Origin: a virus
Taxonomy: Duplodnaviria; Caudoviricetes
Length of the DNA: 64,000 bases
Strand: one strand, 5' to 3'
Virus record (IMG/VR): IMGVR_UViG_3300032233_002657
Span: 96,001 to 160,000 of that record
Below the pieces are notes generated by a model. The model did not search any database, was not told the DNA's origin, and worked only from the letters and a program-made list of their open reading frames with translations. The number at the start of each line of letters is the position of its first letter. The first letter of the stretch is position 1. Below, one piece after another: positions 9,175 to 19,280 of this stretch. Position numbers and translations under genes: made by a program.

Positions 9175-12100
9175 CTATTTAGAAGGAGGAGGAGTAGCTG
9201 ATTTAGCTGTGCCACTTACATCGCCTTTAATGGTCATAGTGCCGGAAAGCACCAGCTCTTTATTGGAAAGGGCTTTTAAAGTGCGGTCGTCTAGGGATAC
9301 TACATTGTTTGATTCTTTTCTAGCATTCGCAGCAGCCTCTTCTTTTTGTTTTTTACCCATGCTTTCTGCAGCTTCGTTAAACTTCTTTACATCTATGTTT
9401 CCGTCTTTTGTGAATATATCTTTAGTTATGCCTTCGGCTTTAAGACCTGCTCGTAGTTTTTTCTCAGGCTCGGTTAGCTTAGGGTCTTTGTCGTCTTTTT
9501 CTAATAGCGTTTTGAGTTCAGACATTCTTTGCTGGGGGCTAGCTTCTTTACCGTCTTTCCCGTCTTTACCTACCCCAGCAAGCTCTGCCGCCCTAGCCCC
9601 ACCAAGATTAATAGTGCTGGCTAACTTATTACCTACTTCTCTATTTGCCTGATAAGTTTTATCTACTGAACCAAGTTCTTCTTTTTTTACAACTGTACCT
9701 AAATTATCTTTGAAGAAATTGGTTAGGTTTTCAGTAGCCCCATTATTTTTACTAAGGTCGCCTGATTTAAGTTTGGCCGATGCTTCTAAGGCTTTAGCCA
9801 TAGTAGGGCTAAGAGCGGTATTCTTATCTTGAAGAATTATGTCTAGCTCGCTGGCATCTCTAGCCAATGAGACTTTTTCTGCAGCTGCGATTGTTTTTAA
9901 ACCTTCAACCCCGCCTATGGCTGTAACCATTTTAGAGTCTTGATCCCCAAGCTCTTTCAAAGCTGTTCTCTTAGCTTCTTCTGCTGAAACATCTTGCTTA
10001 ATAAGCTCTTTAACCCTTTGGTTAAACGCTGGGTCTTTTTCTGATCTTTGGGTTCTTTGAGCTTCGACAGCCCTTAGCTGGCCAGGGGTTAAAACCCTAG
10101 CTTCTCCAGGCTTTAATCCTAATTGCTTTTCGGCCACTTTTAGAGTCTCTTCGTCTTCAACTGTAAGTTTCTTTTTCTCTCTGTCTTTAAGCTCTGCATA
10201 ACGAACTCTATCTTTCTCATCTCCTATGCCAGCGTATGTAACTTTAGCGTCATCTTCTTTTTGCAGTAGCTGGTTCCGCTCTATAGTTTCTTCTGAAGAC
10301 AGGCCTTCGCCTACTTTACTATTCAGTTTTTCTAATCTATCCTTATCGACCTCTGTGAATTCTTTTTCGGCTGCATCGTAGGCTTTACCTATACCACTAG
10401 CTTTGTCTTTTAAGAATTGTTTCTCTTCACCATTCAAGTCTTTAAGCTTATCAAGTACAGCTTCTACTTTGTTAACATCTGTAACTGCATTAAATTTACC
10501 TTCATTAGCCCCTGATTCTTTTATTTTATCGGCTATCTCTTTCTCTACTCTAGCTATTTCAGTTTGATCAGTCATGCCTATCAAGCTAGCTCTGCGTTCG
10601 GCTACATATTTTAATTGCTCTTCAGAAGGAACAATTAAGTCCATTAAATCTTTTTTAGTTTTAATTTCCTTATTTTTAAGCTCTGGCCTATCTGTCTTTA
10701 TCTCTTCGGCAAACTTTTCTACCGCTGTTTTGCTAGCTGCTTCTTGCTTATTGGCTTTGTCTAAAGAGTCTAAACTAGCTTTAATAGCTTTTTCTTTATC
10801 AGGGTCGGCTAAAGTAGTTTGAGTCGATCTAGCCGCGATTAGCTTATCGTTAACTCCGTCTTTTTTAGTGTCTACTAAACCCTGCCTCAATTTTACTTCT
10901 GCTTTTTGTTCAGCTATGGCGCTCTTGTTGTCTGGCTCTTCCTTTTCTAATCTGGCAAGTTCAGTTTTTGAATATTGCAGTTGTTCATTATTACTAACCT
11001 GGGCGCTGGTATATGCCGTATTCATTAACTCTAAAGCTTCAATCTCCTTAGTGTTAATGTCTCTAAGCTGGTCTAAATTTATAACAGAAAACTCAGCTAA
11101 GTTAGTGTCTAAAAGATCGTCTTTTGATTGCCCTATAGCGTCTGCGTACTTATTAAGACGAGTAATACCTTCTAAGGATTTCTGCTTTACGACTTCGCCT
11201 TCTTTGCCGCCTTTAGCGTAGAGCTCAGAGTCAAGTGAGTACTTATCAAGGAACCTCTCGTACCTGTCTACCCCTTCTGCCTCTCCGTCAGTTTTACTCA
11301 TTTCATCTACGGCTTTATTAAGCTCTGATTCCCTTGAACCGCCTTTGAACGTTACCCCTGCAACCTTTAAAGATACATTCAGCTTTTCAGCTAGCTCTTC
11401 AGTTCGTTTAGAGTGATAGTCTTTAGCTATATTTCTAACCTCTTGCCCTGTCTTATCTTTCATCTCTTCCATGCTTACGCCGTTGCGCTCTTTGAAAGAG
11501 TTCTTTAACTGCTCGTTCTGTGTTTTGCTATTCTGCCTTCCCAGCTCTGCAAATCGCTCATACTCTTTTTCTTTACTGCCTTCAGTAGCAAACTTAGAAG
11601 ATACCATCTCAGCCATAATAGACTGTTTCTCTTCATCCGTAGCATTGGCTATTCTAGTTTGGAAGTAGTCTGCCCTAATCTTACCTTCATCCACTTTATC
11701 AAACGATTCTCTAGATTTCATAAGCTCAGCGAAATCGCCCTGAAGCTTATCTGCCATAGGTCCAGCAGGTTGATAGTTTAAGGCTGTTGCTATAAAGTCG
11801 TTAAACTCAGTTTTACTACTGCCCTTCCTAACAAAGTCAGATACCCTAGACATCAGCCCTTGCTTGCCTTCCGACCTAAACTTCTGCTGGAACGCAGTAT
11901 CTATTTCTACTTCAGCTTTAGTGGCTTGAGCTTCTCTAAACAGCTCCTTACTGGCCAGCTGCTGCATGGTTACAGTCCCGCCGATCATGCCTCTAGTAGT
12001 AGCAAACTTCTCAGACCCTTCTGCTATTCCTGCGGACATCCTAGCTATAGCTTTTTTCTCAGCTTCGCCTATGTTGACACCCTTGCTTGCAAAGTGCCGA

Positions 12101-13902
12101 GTAAGCGCAGCTGCTACAACTCCAGGAGCTTTCTCAGCTCCTATCTCTCCTGGCTCCACGTTCACTAAGGCTTCTGAAGCTACTCTGCTTATCTCCAATG
12201 AATTTCGATCGCCTGTAATATTGCCTTTAAAATCTGTACCTTCCATTAGGCCCTTGTCAGATGCTATTTGCGCAATAGTTGTAGATGAGTATCTGGCTAG
12301 GTCTTCCACCATTCTCAGGTTCTGATTAGACCTACCGACATTAGTGCCCAGTTCATTTTCTGCAATGATTCTGGAGTTAGCTTCTCGGTTGTACTGCAGC
12401 GAGTTTAGCTCGGAGGCAGATACCTTACCCTCTTTAGCTAAAAATCCTTGAACGCCTCCCTGCTGCCTAGTAAGGGTGTATACGTTCTTTTTTTCTCCCT
12501 TATACTCGTACTCTCCGCCGGAGTTCTTATCTTTAAGCGCTTTGTATACAGCTTCAAACTCACTACCTTTTTCTGGCTCATGCCCGTATACTTCAACAGC
12601 TCTAATAATAGAGGCCATATCGTGCGTGCTGTCGTCTCTGGAAGCTTGAACCCCTAGCTGCTCTTGAAGGTTCAAAAGCGAGTCGGAAGATAACATTCCG
12701 AAAGCCTTGGCTCCGCCGAACCTATTTTTAGAAGCTTGATTTTCAAGAATGGCTTGATTGGTTATGCCTGGCACTAGTGCTCTGTTTACGCCAGCCGCGT
12801 CAGCCATGCCTGCGGTTATACCCATCTGCCTAAACATCTCTGGCATTTCTATACCGGCTACTTTTGCAGTGTTAGCCGTGTTCCTTATCATCTTCTCCAT
12901 TTGAATAGGAGTCATCCCCTGCATGCTTGATTGCGTTAAAGTCTCTATAGCCCCAACTAATTGCGTCATAGGAGCGTTAGGCTCGCCCATCTCACCAAAC
13001 ACTTCCTGCATAGCTGAAACGGCTTTTGACATACCTTTAAGGCGGTCCGATATCTTTGATGCATCGAACTCTCTGAGCTTACTGTCTAGGTCAGGAAGCT
13101 TAGATACATCTGCTACGGTGGTGCCAAGCTGATCGGCTATGCCTTGTAGGTTCTTTCCTCTGCTCGAGCTGGAGTTAGGCATTAAACCTCGGCGCTGCAT
13201 CTCATCAAACATGGCTCCGGCTTTTCCGGCTGTAAGCCCGCTCATCTCAGATATGTCGGCATTTGCGCCGTATAGCCTGTTGTATACTCCTTTAGTTATT
13301 TCTCCGGCTGACTCAGCTGAGTACCCTCTTCGACCAGTGACTGGGTCTACAGCGTATCTTCCTCCTTTAAACATATTCTGGGACATTACGGTGGCGGACC
13401 CTTTTTCACCAAAGAAGCCTTCAACTAGATCCGGTGCGTATTGGGATAAGGTGGGTAGGGCTTCTGACATTGTCCTAGCAAATTGCTGCGCGGCCCTTTT
13501 TTCGTTTCTTCCAAACTTTTGGCCCATAAGCTTGGAGGTGCCCTCCATCATGTTGTAGATTCCTTGCTGATCTTCAACGGAGGCTATTCTAGAAGCCCTT
13601 CCCTGATCTCGTAATACATTGCCTACTTTCATCTGAGTGTACATATTAGTACCCCCAGAATACTGAGCAGAGGTATATTTTTGACCGGTAACCTGCATTA
13701 ACAGCGGTTGAAGAATTTGATTCAGGGCTATGGCGGCTCCAGGGTCAGAGATACCCATAAGGCCTGCTAAGTTTAGATCATCACCTGTTCGGCCCATTCC
13801 TAGGCCTGTTCCGATAGGGCTGCGAGCTATCGCCTGTATAAAGGAATTAGCCATGGGCGCAAATGAATCAGAAGGGTTATAGGATCCGCTCATAAAAGAC
13901 AT
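9175..13902 (-). CDS. Tail tape measure protein
   Basis: 1575 aa, helical, A/G/M/K/E-rich; directly downstream of a frameshifting chaperone pair. Confidence 0.8.
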   Translation of the reverse strand: MSFMSGSYNPSDSFAPMANSFIQAIARSPIGTGLGMGRTGDDLNLAGLMGISDPGAAIALNQILQPLLMQVTGQKYTSAQYSGGTNMYTQMKVGNVLRDQGRASRIASVEDQQGIYNMMEGTSKLMGQKFGRNEKRAAQQFARTMSEALPTLSQYAPDLVEGFFGEKGSATVMSQNMFKGGRYAVDPVTGRRGYSAESAGEITKGVYNRLYGANADISEMSGLTAGKAGAMFDEMQRRGLMPNSSSSRGKNLQGIADQLGTTVADVSKLPDLDSKLREFDASKISDRLKGMSKAVSAMQEVFGEMGEPNAPMTQLVGAIETLTQSSMQGMTPIQMEKMIRNTANTAKVAGIEMPEMFRQMGITAGMADAAGVNRALVPGITNQAILENQASKNRFGGAKAFGMLSSDSLLNLQEQLGVQASRDDSTHDMASIIRAVEVYGHEPEKGSEFEAVYKALKDKNSGGEYEYKGEKKNVYTLTRQQGGVQGFLAKEGKVSASELNSLQYNREANSRIIAENELGTNVGRSNQNLRMVEDLARYSSTTIAQIASDKGLMEGTDFKGNITGDRNSLEISRVASEALVNVEPGEIGAEKAPGVVAAALTRHFASKGVNIGEAEKKAIARMSAGIAEGSEKFATTRGMIGGTVTMQQLASKELFREAQATKAEVEIDTAFQQKFRSEGKQGLMSRVSDFVRKGSSKTEFNDFIATALNYQPAGPMADKLQGDFAELMKSRESFDKVDEGKIRADYFQTRIANATDEEKQSIMAEMVSSKFATEGSKEKEYERFAELGRQNSKTQNEQLKNSFKERNGVSMEEMKDKTGQEVRNIAKDYHSKRTEELAEKLNVSLKVAGVTFKGGSRESELNKAVDEMSKTDGEAEGVDRYERFLDKYSLDSELYAKGGKEGEVVKQKSLEGITRLNKYADAIGQSKDDLLDTNLAEFSVINLDQLRDINTKEIEALELMNTAYTSAQVSNNEQLQYSKTELARLEKEEPDNKSAIAEQKAEVKLRQGLVDTKKDGVNDKLIAARSTQTTLADPDKEKAIKASLDSLDKANKQEAASKTAVEKFAEEIKTDRPELKNKEIKTKKDLMDLIVPSEEQLKYVAERRASLIGMTDQTEIARVEKEIADKIKESGANEGKFNAVTDVNKVEAVLDKLKDLNGEEKQFLKDKASGIGKAYDAAEKEFTEVDKDRLEKLNSKVGEGLSSEETIERNQLLQKEDDAKVTYAGIGDEKDRVRYAELKDREKKKLTVEDEETLKVAEKQLGLKPGEARVLTPGQLRAVEAQRTQRSEKDPAFNQRVKELIKQDVSAEEAKRTALKELGDQDSKMVTAIGGVEGLKTIAAAEKVSLARDASELDIILQDKNTALSPTMAKALEASAKLKSGDLSKNNGATENLTNFFKDNLGTVVKKEELGSVDKTYQANREVGNKLASTINLGGARAAELAGVGKDGKDGKEASPQQRMSELKTLLEKDDKDPKLTEPEKKLRAGLKAEGITKDIFTKDGNIDVKKFNEAAESMGKKQKEEAAANARKESNNVVSLDDRTLKALSNKELVLSGTMTIKGDVSGTAKSATPPPSK

Positions 13903-13925
13903 ATCTTTAAAACCCTCAAAAAAGC

Positions 13926-14222
13926 TTACTTAGTATCTTCCCTCTCTATCCAGGGTCTTGATACCTTATCGTAATCCTCTAGCATATCGCTTATCTTTTC
14001 CCAGGATTCATTAAATAGGTCGGCAGACCCGTAGCCTAAGGCACCAGTATACCTTAAGACAGCTAACTTAACCACTTCTGATGATTTTTTTAGCGAATAA
14101 GATCGGGCCAGCCATTTGACTTTAAGCTGCCACTTGCGATCGAGTATTTTGGCGTCTGCGAAATCCACTACGCCATGAGAGGCCATCTCTACTAACAGGG
14201 AAGCTACTCGATCGCTTTCCAA
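13926..14222 (-). CDS. Tail assembly chaperone, -1 frameshift extension (gpT-like)
   Basis: Lies in the -1 frame of the upstream ORF, starting at a slippery A AAT TTT; no ATG or RBS at the overlap. Confidence 0.7.
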   Translation of the reverse strand: MESDRVASLLVEMASHGVVDFADAKILDRKWQLKVKWLARSYSLKKSSEVVKLAVLRYTGALGYGSADLFNESWEKISDMLEDYDKVSRPWIEREDTK

Positions 14223-15448
14223 AAATTTGGCGACTCTGCCATAACTTGGAGCTTATCGCACAAAGACTGAAACTCAAAGTACGCGTGCCCAACTATGGAC
14301 CTTGTGCTTTCAAGAGGTATAAACGTATCGAGTACATAGTTTAAGAACGGCACGAGCTTGTCTTGAATTTGCTTATTGTTGGTACCTTCTATTTCAGCAT
14401 CTTCTAAAGTGGGAACTTCTATTTTTCCGTAGGTTATTGACTCTATACTTTCTAAAGACATCGCCATTCTGTAAGCTTGAAGGTTTCTCCAATAGAAATC
14501 AGTACCGCCAAGAACTTTAGTTTTGTAATCTCTCTGACCGTCTATTACTATTTGTCGGTAGGCTATATCTGATTCCTTACTAGTCAATGCCCTAAAGGTT
14601 ATTTTGTACTTATCCTTAAACATTAAGTACATTTTTTTAAACCTTATTCCACCTAGGATCGACTGAACAAAGTCTTCTTTATCGCTAGTGCTTGCTTCTG
14701 TTAGGTCTTCCTTCTTTAAATCCCATCCGCAATGCTGACAGTTAGGTAGAAGGTGGACAGGGCTGTGATCTGCGTAAGACTGAGTTGCAGTGTAAGGAAC
14801 GTACTTAGGAGGCTCTGGCTCATCGGGCTGAGGTGAAGGCCTAGCCGCTTCAGCAGCTGGGCTCTTTATGTCGTTTATAAACTTCAGGCCCCCGCCTTCT
14901 TCTTTTTCTACCTTTGGAGCAGATGCTTTAACCTCTGGGTTTGTGGAGACGTCTCCACTCGCCGGTGGTGTAGGCAGGACTTGAGTTGGTTTTTCACTTT
15001 CTACCTTAGGAGCTTCTTCTCTTACAATTGGCTTGAGGCCTTCAGGAAGAACCGGGGGCTTAAGGGCGTTTTTCTTATCTTTGGAAACTTTAACTGCCTT
15101 GTTGTGGGCGGCCCATAACTCTTTAACCATTTCCTTATCATCTGTTATCTGTTTTAAAAGAGCAAAGCCTTCCTCTATTTCTTTTCTCTGCTTAGAGGGG
15201 ATATTAGCTATATTAGTAGGCTGGCTAGTCTGCCTTAATATGCCTTCGTAAGCTTTCATATCCATCTCGGATACGGCTGCTTCTTCAGGAGGAGCCTCTG
15301 GAGTGTTCTTAGTGTAATTAGCTATCTCTTTATTAAGCTCATCAATCTTTCCTTCCTTCTGAAGGTTTAAAGCTTTTAACTCGAAGTCAGTTAAAGAAGA
15401 TGGTTTTGGTTTTTCTGCTAAAGGTGGATCCTTTTCTTTATCGCTCAT
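14204..15448 (-). CDS. Tail assembly chaperone (gpG-like) with a long Pro/Glu/Lys-rich N-terminus
   Basis: Upstream of the tape measure; KITFRALTSKE motif; slippery site at the 3' end. Confidence 0.65.
   Translation of the reverse strand: MSDKEKDPPLAEKPKPSSLTDFELKALNLQKEGKIDELNKEIANYTKNTPEAPPEEAAVSEMDMKAYEGILRQTSQPTNIANIPSKQRKEIEEGFALLKQITDDKEMVKELWAAHNKAVKVSKDKKNALKPPVLPEGLKPIVREEAPKVESEKPTQVLPTPPASGDVSTNPEVKASAPKVEKEEGGGLKFINDIKSPAAEAARPSPQPDEPEPPKYVPYTATQSYADHSPVHLLPNCQHCGWDLKKEDLTEASTSDKEDFVQSILGGIRFKKMYLMFKDKYKITFRALTSKESDIAYRQIVIDGQRDYKTKVLGGTDFYWRNLQAYRMAMSLESIESITYGKIEVPTLEDAEIEGTNNKQIQDKLVPFLNYVLDTFIPLESTRSIVGHAYFEFQSLCDKLQVMAESPNFWKAIE
14222..14228 (-). other. Programmed -1 ribosomal frameshift heptamer AAATTTT
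   Basis: In-frame CCA AAT TTT TGG; a -1 shift gives AAA TTT TTG GAA AGC GAT, the frame of ORF 13926..14222. Confidence 0.75.
14943..14958. repeat. Dispersed palindrome, copy 2 (perfect GTGGAGACGTCTCCAC)
   Basis: Read directly; inside a CDS, encodes GDVST. Confidence 0.9.
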
Positions 15449-15467
15449 CAGTTCCCCAGTTCTTTTG

Positions 15468-18125
15468 TTAGCCTATTACTCTATAATTACCCTGAATCGG
15501 AAACGCTACTTCTTCGCCAGGATTCTTTTTATCTTCTATTTTTACTTCCGGCACAAGATCGTTGTAGAATTTTAAGTCTATTTCTTTAAGCCCGGCTGAG
15601 TTAGTCCATGCTTCTTTACCTGGATACGGATAGGTCTCATCGTCTAAATACACTACTGGATTTTCTTCCCACTTATTTCCAGCAGCGCCACCGAACATCC
15701 TATCTCTTTGCTGCCATCTTGATTCATATAAAACAAAAGCGGATGCTCTATAGTCTGCGCTGGTTTTAAAGTAAAACGCGTATTTGCCCCAGCCGCCGGC
15801 AGGATCGGCATCTCCTAATCTTTGCGGGCCTCTAAACGGCTTGTACATACCGGATTCGAATATATCATAAGCTGTATACTGAGCGTCATGTATAGATATG
15901 TTTATTTTTTCAAGCTGCTCGTTGGCCTCCTCTGAAGCAGTTTTACCGTCTCCATCTACGTCGTTGTCTAAGCTTCCTACGAAGCCACCCTTTAATGTTG
16001 CTATGTGCCCTTCCGTAGATATCAGGTGTTTCTTGCACACCATGTAGCCCAACCCAGCTATAGTTCCTTTTGAATATAGCGGAGATCCCATTACCGTGGC
16101 ATTTTCTGCGAATATGTTTACAGTACGGCACGCACCGTCAGTTGCGCTGGATCCCCCTAGATAGTCAAATCTAGACCTCTCTAAAAATGAATGAACTGCT
16201 CTGCCTGTCATGATGACATCGCCAGGAGATTCTCCACCTGCATCGAGTATTAAATTTCTAGCGTTCCCGCCAGCTCCAGACCTAATGTATATGTCTATCT
16301 CAGCTAAGGCGCTTATGTTTCCTGCTGATTTTAAAACTATACCACCGCTTCCTGGGGCCTTATTTTCTATCAATAGCTTTCCACCGATTCCACTGTTTCC
16401 AGCCAAAAGGAACATATCTTTCTCTGACTTTATGCGGACATCTGCATTCGACGAAGCGACGTCTATATCTTCTCTAGCCCTGATGCAGGTGCTTCTGCCT
16501 GCTAAAGATATTAGATTCCTTCCAGGCCTTAGCTGAATATCCCCTGGGCAGCTTATCTCTATAGACCCACCCACCATGCGAATTTCTTCCCCGTTAGGCC
16601 CAGCTATAACTATTGTTCCATCTGGAAGTATTTTAAAATAAGACATAAGAGCGTTGTACTCAGCTGAGTATCTGTGGTCTACCTGTTTAACTTCGATACT
16701 AGGAGGACGAATGTACCAATTACCAAAAAGGGCTCCATATGCAGGAGCTTGTTCTGGCTCGGGGTCCCCTACTTCAAAATCTTTTTCGTGATACTTAAAT
16801 GGGTGATCATTGCGCCAGGCAAACCCATAAGCTGTATCGTCATCAGCGCATAGTGCCCTTCCTACAAAAGAAGCAGCTTCAACAGGTGTGTCTGATAATA
16901 AATGTGGAGCTCCAGAACCGTTGTTACCTGAGAACTTGTAATTCTCTAGCTTATCCCCCAAATCGTTATTCTCCATTCTTGCGTTTCTTACAGGCGGCAT
17001 GTACAGGGGCGAGTGAGCTATAGTTATTCCCTGCGAAGAACGCATATGGTAGTTGCCGTCTAGGGCTAGGTTTTGCTCCCACACAATGCTTCCAGTAGGG
17101 CCCCCCATGTTGGTCACTAACCCAGTATTTTCAGGCGGTAGCCTTAGTATTTCTCTAAACCCTTGCCCTGCATATCCTGTGTAAGCTTGGAACCTGTGGT
17201 AAGGAACTTGAACATCCTTATCAGTGTTCATAGTGTCTGTAGTGCCGAGGTAAGGCTTACCTATCTGCTCTTCTTGAGGACTTATTTTTTTAGCTGTTGG
17301 AACGTTTTGGCTCGTAGCCCCAAGACCTTCAAACGCATAAGGAGACCGCCCAGAGTAAGCCGCTATTTCCCCATTGTCATCAAAGACCTCTAGCTCATAC
17401 CCACAAGCTCTTATCTGTATATTGTGCCCTTGCATTCTTGCTACTTGATCAAAGTACAAAGCCCAGAACCCACAGTTTTCATCAGCTTTTATGAAAGCCA
17501 TAAAAGGATCTACGAATACACTAGTACCTGTTTCGCAGACCCAGCCTCTTTCTCCAACCAAGGTTGAGTCTAAAGGCGAGCCCCTGGAGAAATCAGCATG
17601 ACATTCTGGATCAAGAGAGTGCAAATAAGTGTTAGTGGCTTCCGAAGCAATTGTATGGCCTGATGCCATGCTAATTCGTTCTGCGAGAATGTCCGCCACG
17701 TCAGGCATGGCCTCAGATTCGGCACCTAAGATTATTCCGGACCCTGTAAAGCTATTGCGTATGTAGTAGACTTTAGTATGGGGCTGTAAGCTGCCTATTC
17801 TACGAGCCCCCATTTTCATCTGTGAAACGTCAGATAAAAGGCTGCACATTATAGAGGTGCTAGCCCCGAATGTATCGACCTTGTACCAGCCCCAAAAAGG
17901 CATTGCTTCTCCAATAACGCCAGCCTCTATGCTAAACGCAGGAGTACTAAGATCAAACTTATTATTGTTACCAGAAGAATACGGGTCTGAGTTGTGCTTA
18001 GACGGTCGGTCTAACGGCCCGTCTCTGGAGATAGAATCAGCTGTGACCCTTATGCTATCTGAAGCGTTATCGGCGAACTTTGATATCTGCTCAAGAAAGT
18101 TAGGTCCGTTAGAAGAGTCTGCCAC
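15468..18125 (-). CDS. Baseplate central spike, gp5/VgrG-like
   Basis: OB-fold-like N-terminus (GVIGEAMPFWGWYKV...TKVYY...GIILG), later beta-helix-like repeats (DGTIVIAGPNGEEIRMVGGSIEISCPGDIQL). Confidence 0.6.
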   Translation of the reverse strand: MADSSNGPNFLEQISKFADNASDSIRVTADSISRDGPLDRPSKHNSDPYSSGNNNKFDLSTPAFSIEAGVIGEAMPFWGWYKVDTFGASTSIMCSLLSDVSQMKMGARRIGSLQPHTKVYYIRNSFTGSGIILGAESEAMPDVADILAERISMASGHTIASEATNTYLHSLDPECHADFSRGSPLDSTLVGERGWVCETGTSVFVDPFMAFIKADENCGFWALYFDQVARMQGHNIQIRACGYELEVFDDNGEIAAYSGRSPYAFEGLGATSQNVPTAKKISPQEEQIGKPYLGTTDTMNTDKDVQVPYHRFQAYTGYAGQGFREILRLPPENTGLVTNMGGPTGSIVWEQNLALDGNYHMRSSQGITIAHSPLYMPPVRNARMENNDLGDKLENYKFSGNNGSGAPHLLSDTPVEAASFVGRALCADDDTAYGFAWRNDHPFKYHEKDFEVGDPEPEQAPAYGALFGNWYIRPPSIEVKQVDHRYSAEYNALMSYFKILPDGTIVIAGPNGEEIRMVGGSIEISCPGDIQLRPGRNLISLAGRSTCIRAREDIDVASSNADVRIKSEKDMFLLAGNSGIGGKLLIENKAPGSGGIVLKSAGNISALAEIDIYIRSGAGGNARNLILDAGGESPGDVIMTGRAVHSFLERSRFDYLGGSSATDGACRTVNIFAENATVMGSPLYSKGTIAGLGYMVCKKHLISTEGHIATLKGGFVGSLDNDVDGDGKTASEEANEQLEKINISIHDAQYTAYDIFESGMYKPFRGPQRLGDADPAGGWGKYAFYFKTSADYRASAFVLYESRWQQRDRMFGGAAGNKWEENPVVYLDDETYPYPGKEAWTNSAGLKEIDLKFYNDLVPEVKIEDKKNPGEEVAFPIQGNYRVIG

Positions 18126-18141
18126 AATAAGCTCCTGTCAT

Positions 18142-18190
18142 AAAAAAATCCACCGTGCTGCCTTATTGTGGCGAGTACGGTGGATTTTTT
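18142..18190. terminator. Intrinsic terminator, bidirectional, after the tail tube genes
   Basis: AAAAAATCCACCGTGCT...AGTACGGTGGATTTTTT stem-loop with T/A tracts on both sides. Confidence 0.8.
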
Positions 18191-18208
18191 CAATAGGTAT
18201 AAACCAGC

Positions 18209-18736
18209 TTATGCGTAATCGTACTTTAAGTCAGTCATCAATCCTTGAAGCTGGGAGTTGATCAAGTTGTCCTGAGCAGCTACGCTAAAACCTACGCTCT
18301 GAAGAAGTACACCTTCTAGAGTTAAGGTAAGCTTCTGGCTATTGGTACGGGGCCCGGCTTGTTGAGCTCCGCCTGTTCCAAGAGTAGATCCCTGCGCTGC
18401 TACGCCTGTAAGCGCTGGGCAAAAAGCCGATGGTATAGCCAACACAAGCTGCCTAGGGCTACAAGGGTCAGCTAAGGCCGTTACTTGCTTTAAGGCAGCA
18501 TCACCAAATCCTAAGATCTGAGTTGCGCTAAAAGTTCCGCTAGCTTTGCCTACCACGTAATACCGGTTATTAGTTCCAACTTCAAAAAGAGGGGTTACAG
18601 GCTGTTGATGGCTTACCTGTAGGTTTTGAATAAGATTAAGATCAGCGCCTGCAAAACTTAGAACTGTTCCTACTGTGGTTCTAAAGGCCCCTTGATAGAA
18701 GCCTTGAGAATCAGCTCCGAATATAGGATTAGGCAT
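18209..18736 (-). CDS. Tail tube protein (paralogue 2)
   Basis: Follows the sheath; shares QNLQVSHQQP...LFEVGTN.R.YVVGKA.GTF with the adjacent ORF. Confidence 0.75.
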   Translation of the reverse strand: MPNPIFGADSQGFYQGAFRTTVGTVLSFAGADLNLIQNLQVSHQQPVTPLFEVGTNNRYYVVGKASGTFSATQILGFGDAALKQVTALADPCSPRQLVLAIPSAFCPALTGVAAQGSTLGTGGAQQAGPRTNSQKLTLTLEGVLLQSVGFSVAAQDNLINSQLQGLMTDLKYDYA

Positions 18737-18758
18737 AGGTCATCTCCTTTCATTAGTC

Positions 18759-19247
18759 TTACTTAATACTGATAGTAGAATACTCAAGGTCAACCATTAC
18801 GCCGCTAAGATTAGAATTAATAAGACTATCTTGAGCAGCCACGGTAAAACCTATTTGCTGTAATAGCGCGCCTTTAAGCGATAGGCTTAAAGTGCTGCCG
18901 TTCTTACCCTTTTCTTTTCCTGATACGGTACAGTAAGAATTAGGAATAAGAAGGTTTAACTGACGATTACCAATACATGGGTTAGCTAGATCGGTAATGC
19001 CTTCTAAGGCCTCGCTACCAAAACCTAAAACTTGACCTATGGTGAAAGTACCGCCGGCTTTGCCCACTACATAGAATCGCTTATTGGTGCCCACTTCAAA
19101 CAAAGGTTGAATAGGCTGTTGGTGCGAAACTTGAAGGTTTTGCACCAAAGTTATGTTCTTTTCGCCAAATTTAAGGGCAGTACCTTGGGTCGTTCGAAAC
19201 GCCCCTTGGTACTCGCCTTTAGACGCTTCGCCAAATATTGAAGCCAT
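18759..19247 (-). CDS. Tail tube protein (paralogue 1)
   Basis: Immediately downstream of the sheath; typical tube size. Confidence 0.75.
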   Translation of the reverse strand: MASIFGEASKGEYQGAFRTTQGTALKFGEKNITLVQNLQVSHQQPIQPLFEVGTNKRFYVVGKAGGTFTIGQVLGFGSEALEGITDLANPCIGNRQLNLLIPNSYCTVSGKEKGKNGSTLSLSLKGALLQQIGFTVAAQDSLINSNLSGVMVDLEYSTISIK

Positions 19248-19280
19248 GGTTTAGTCTCCTATTTTTAGTTCAGCCTAGAA

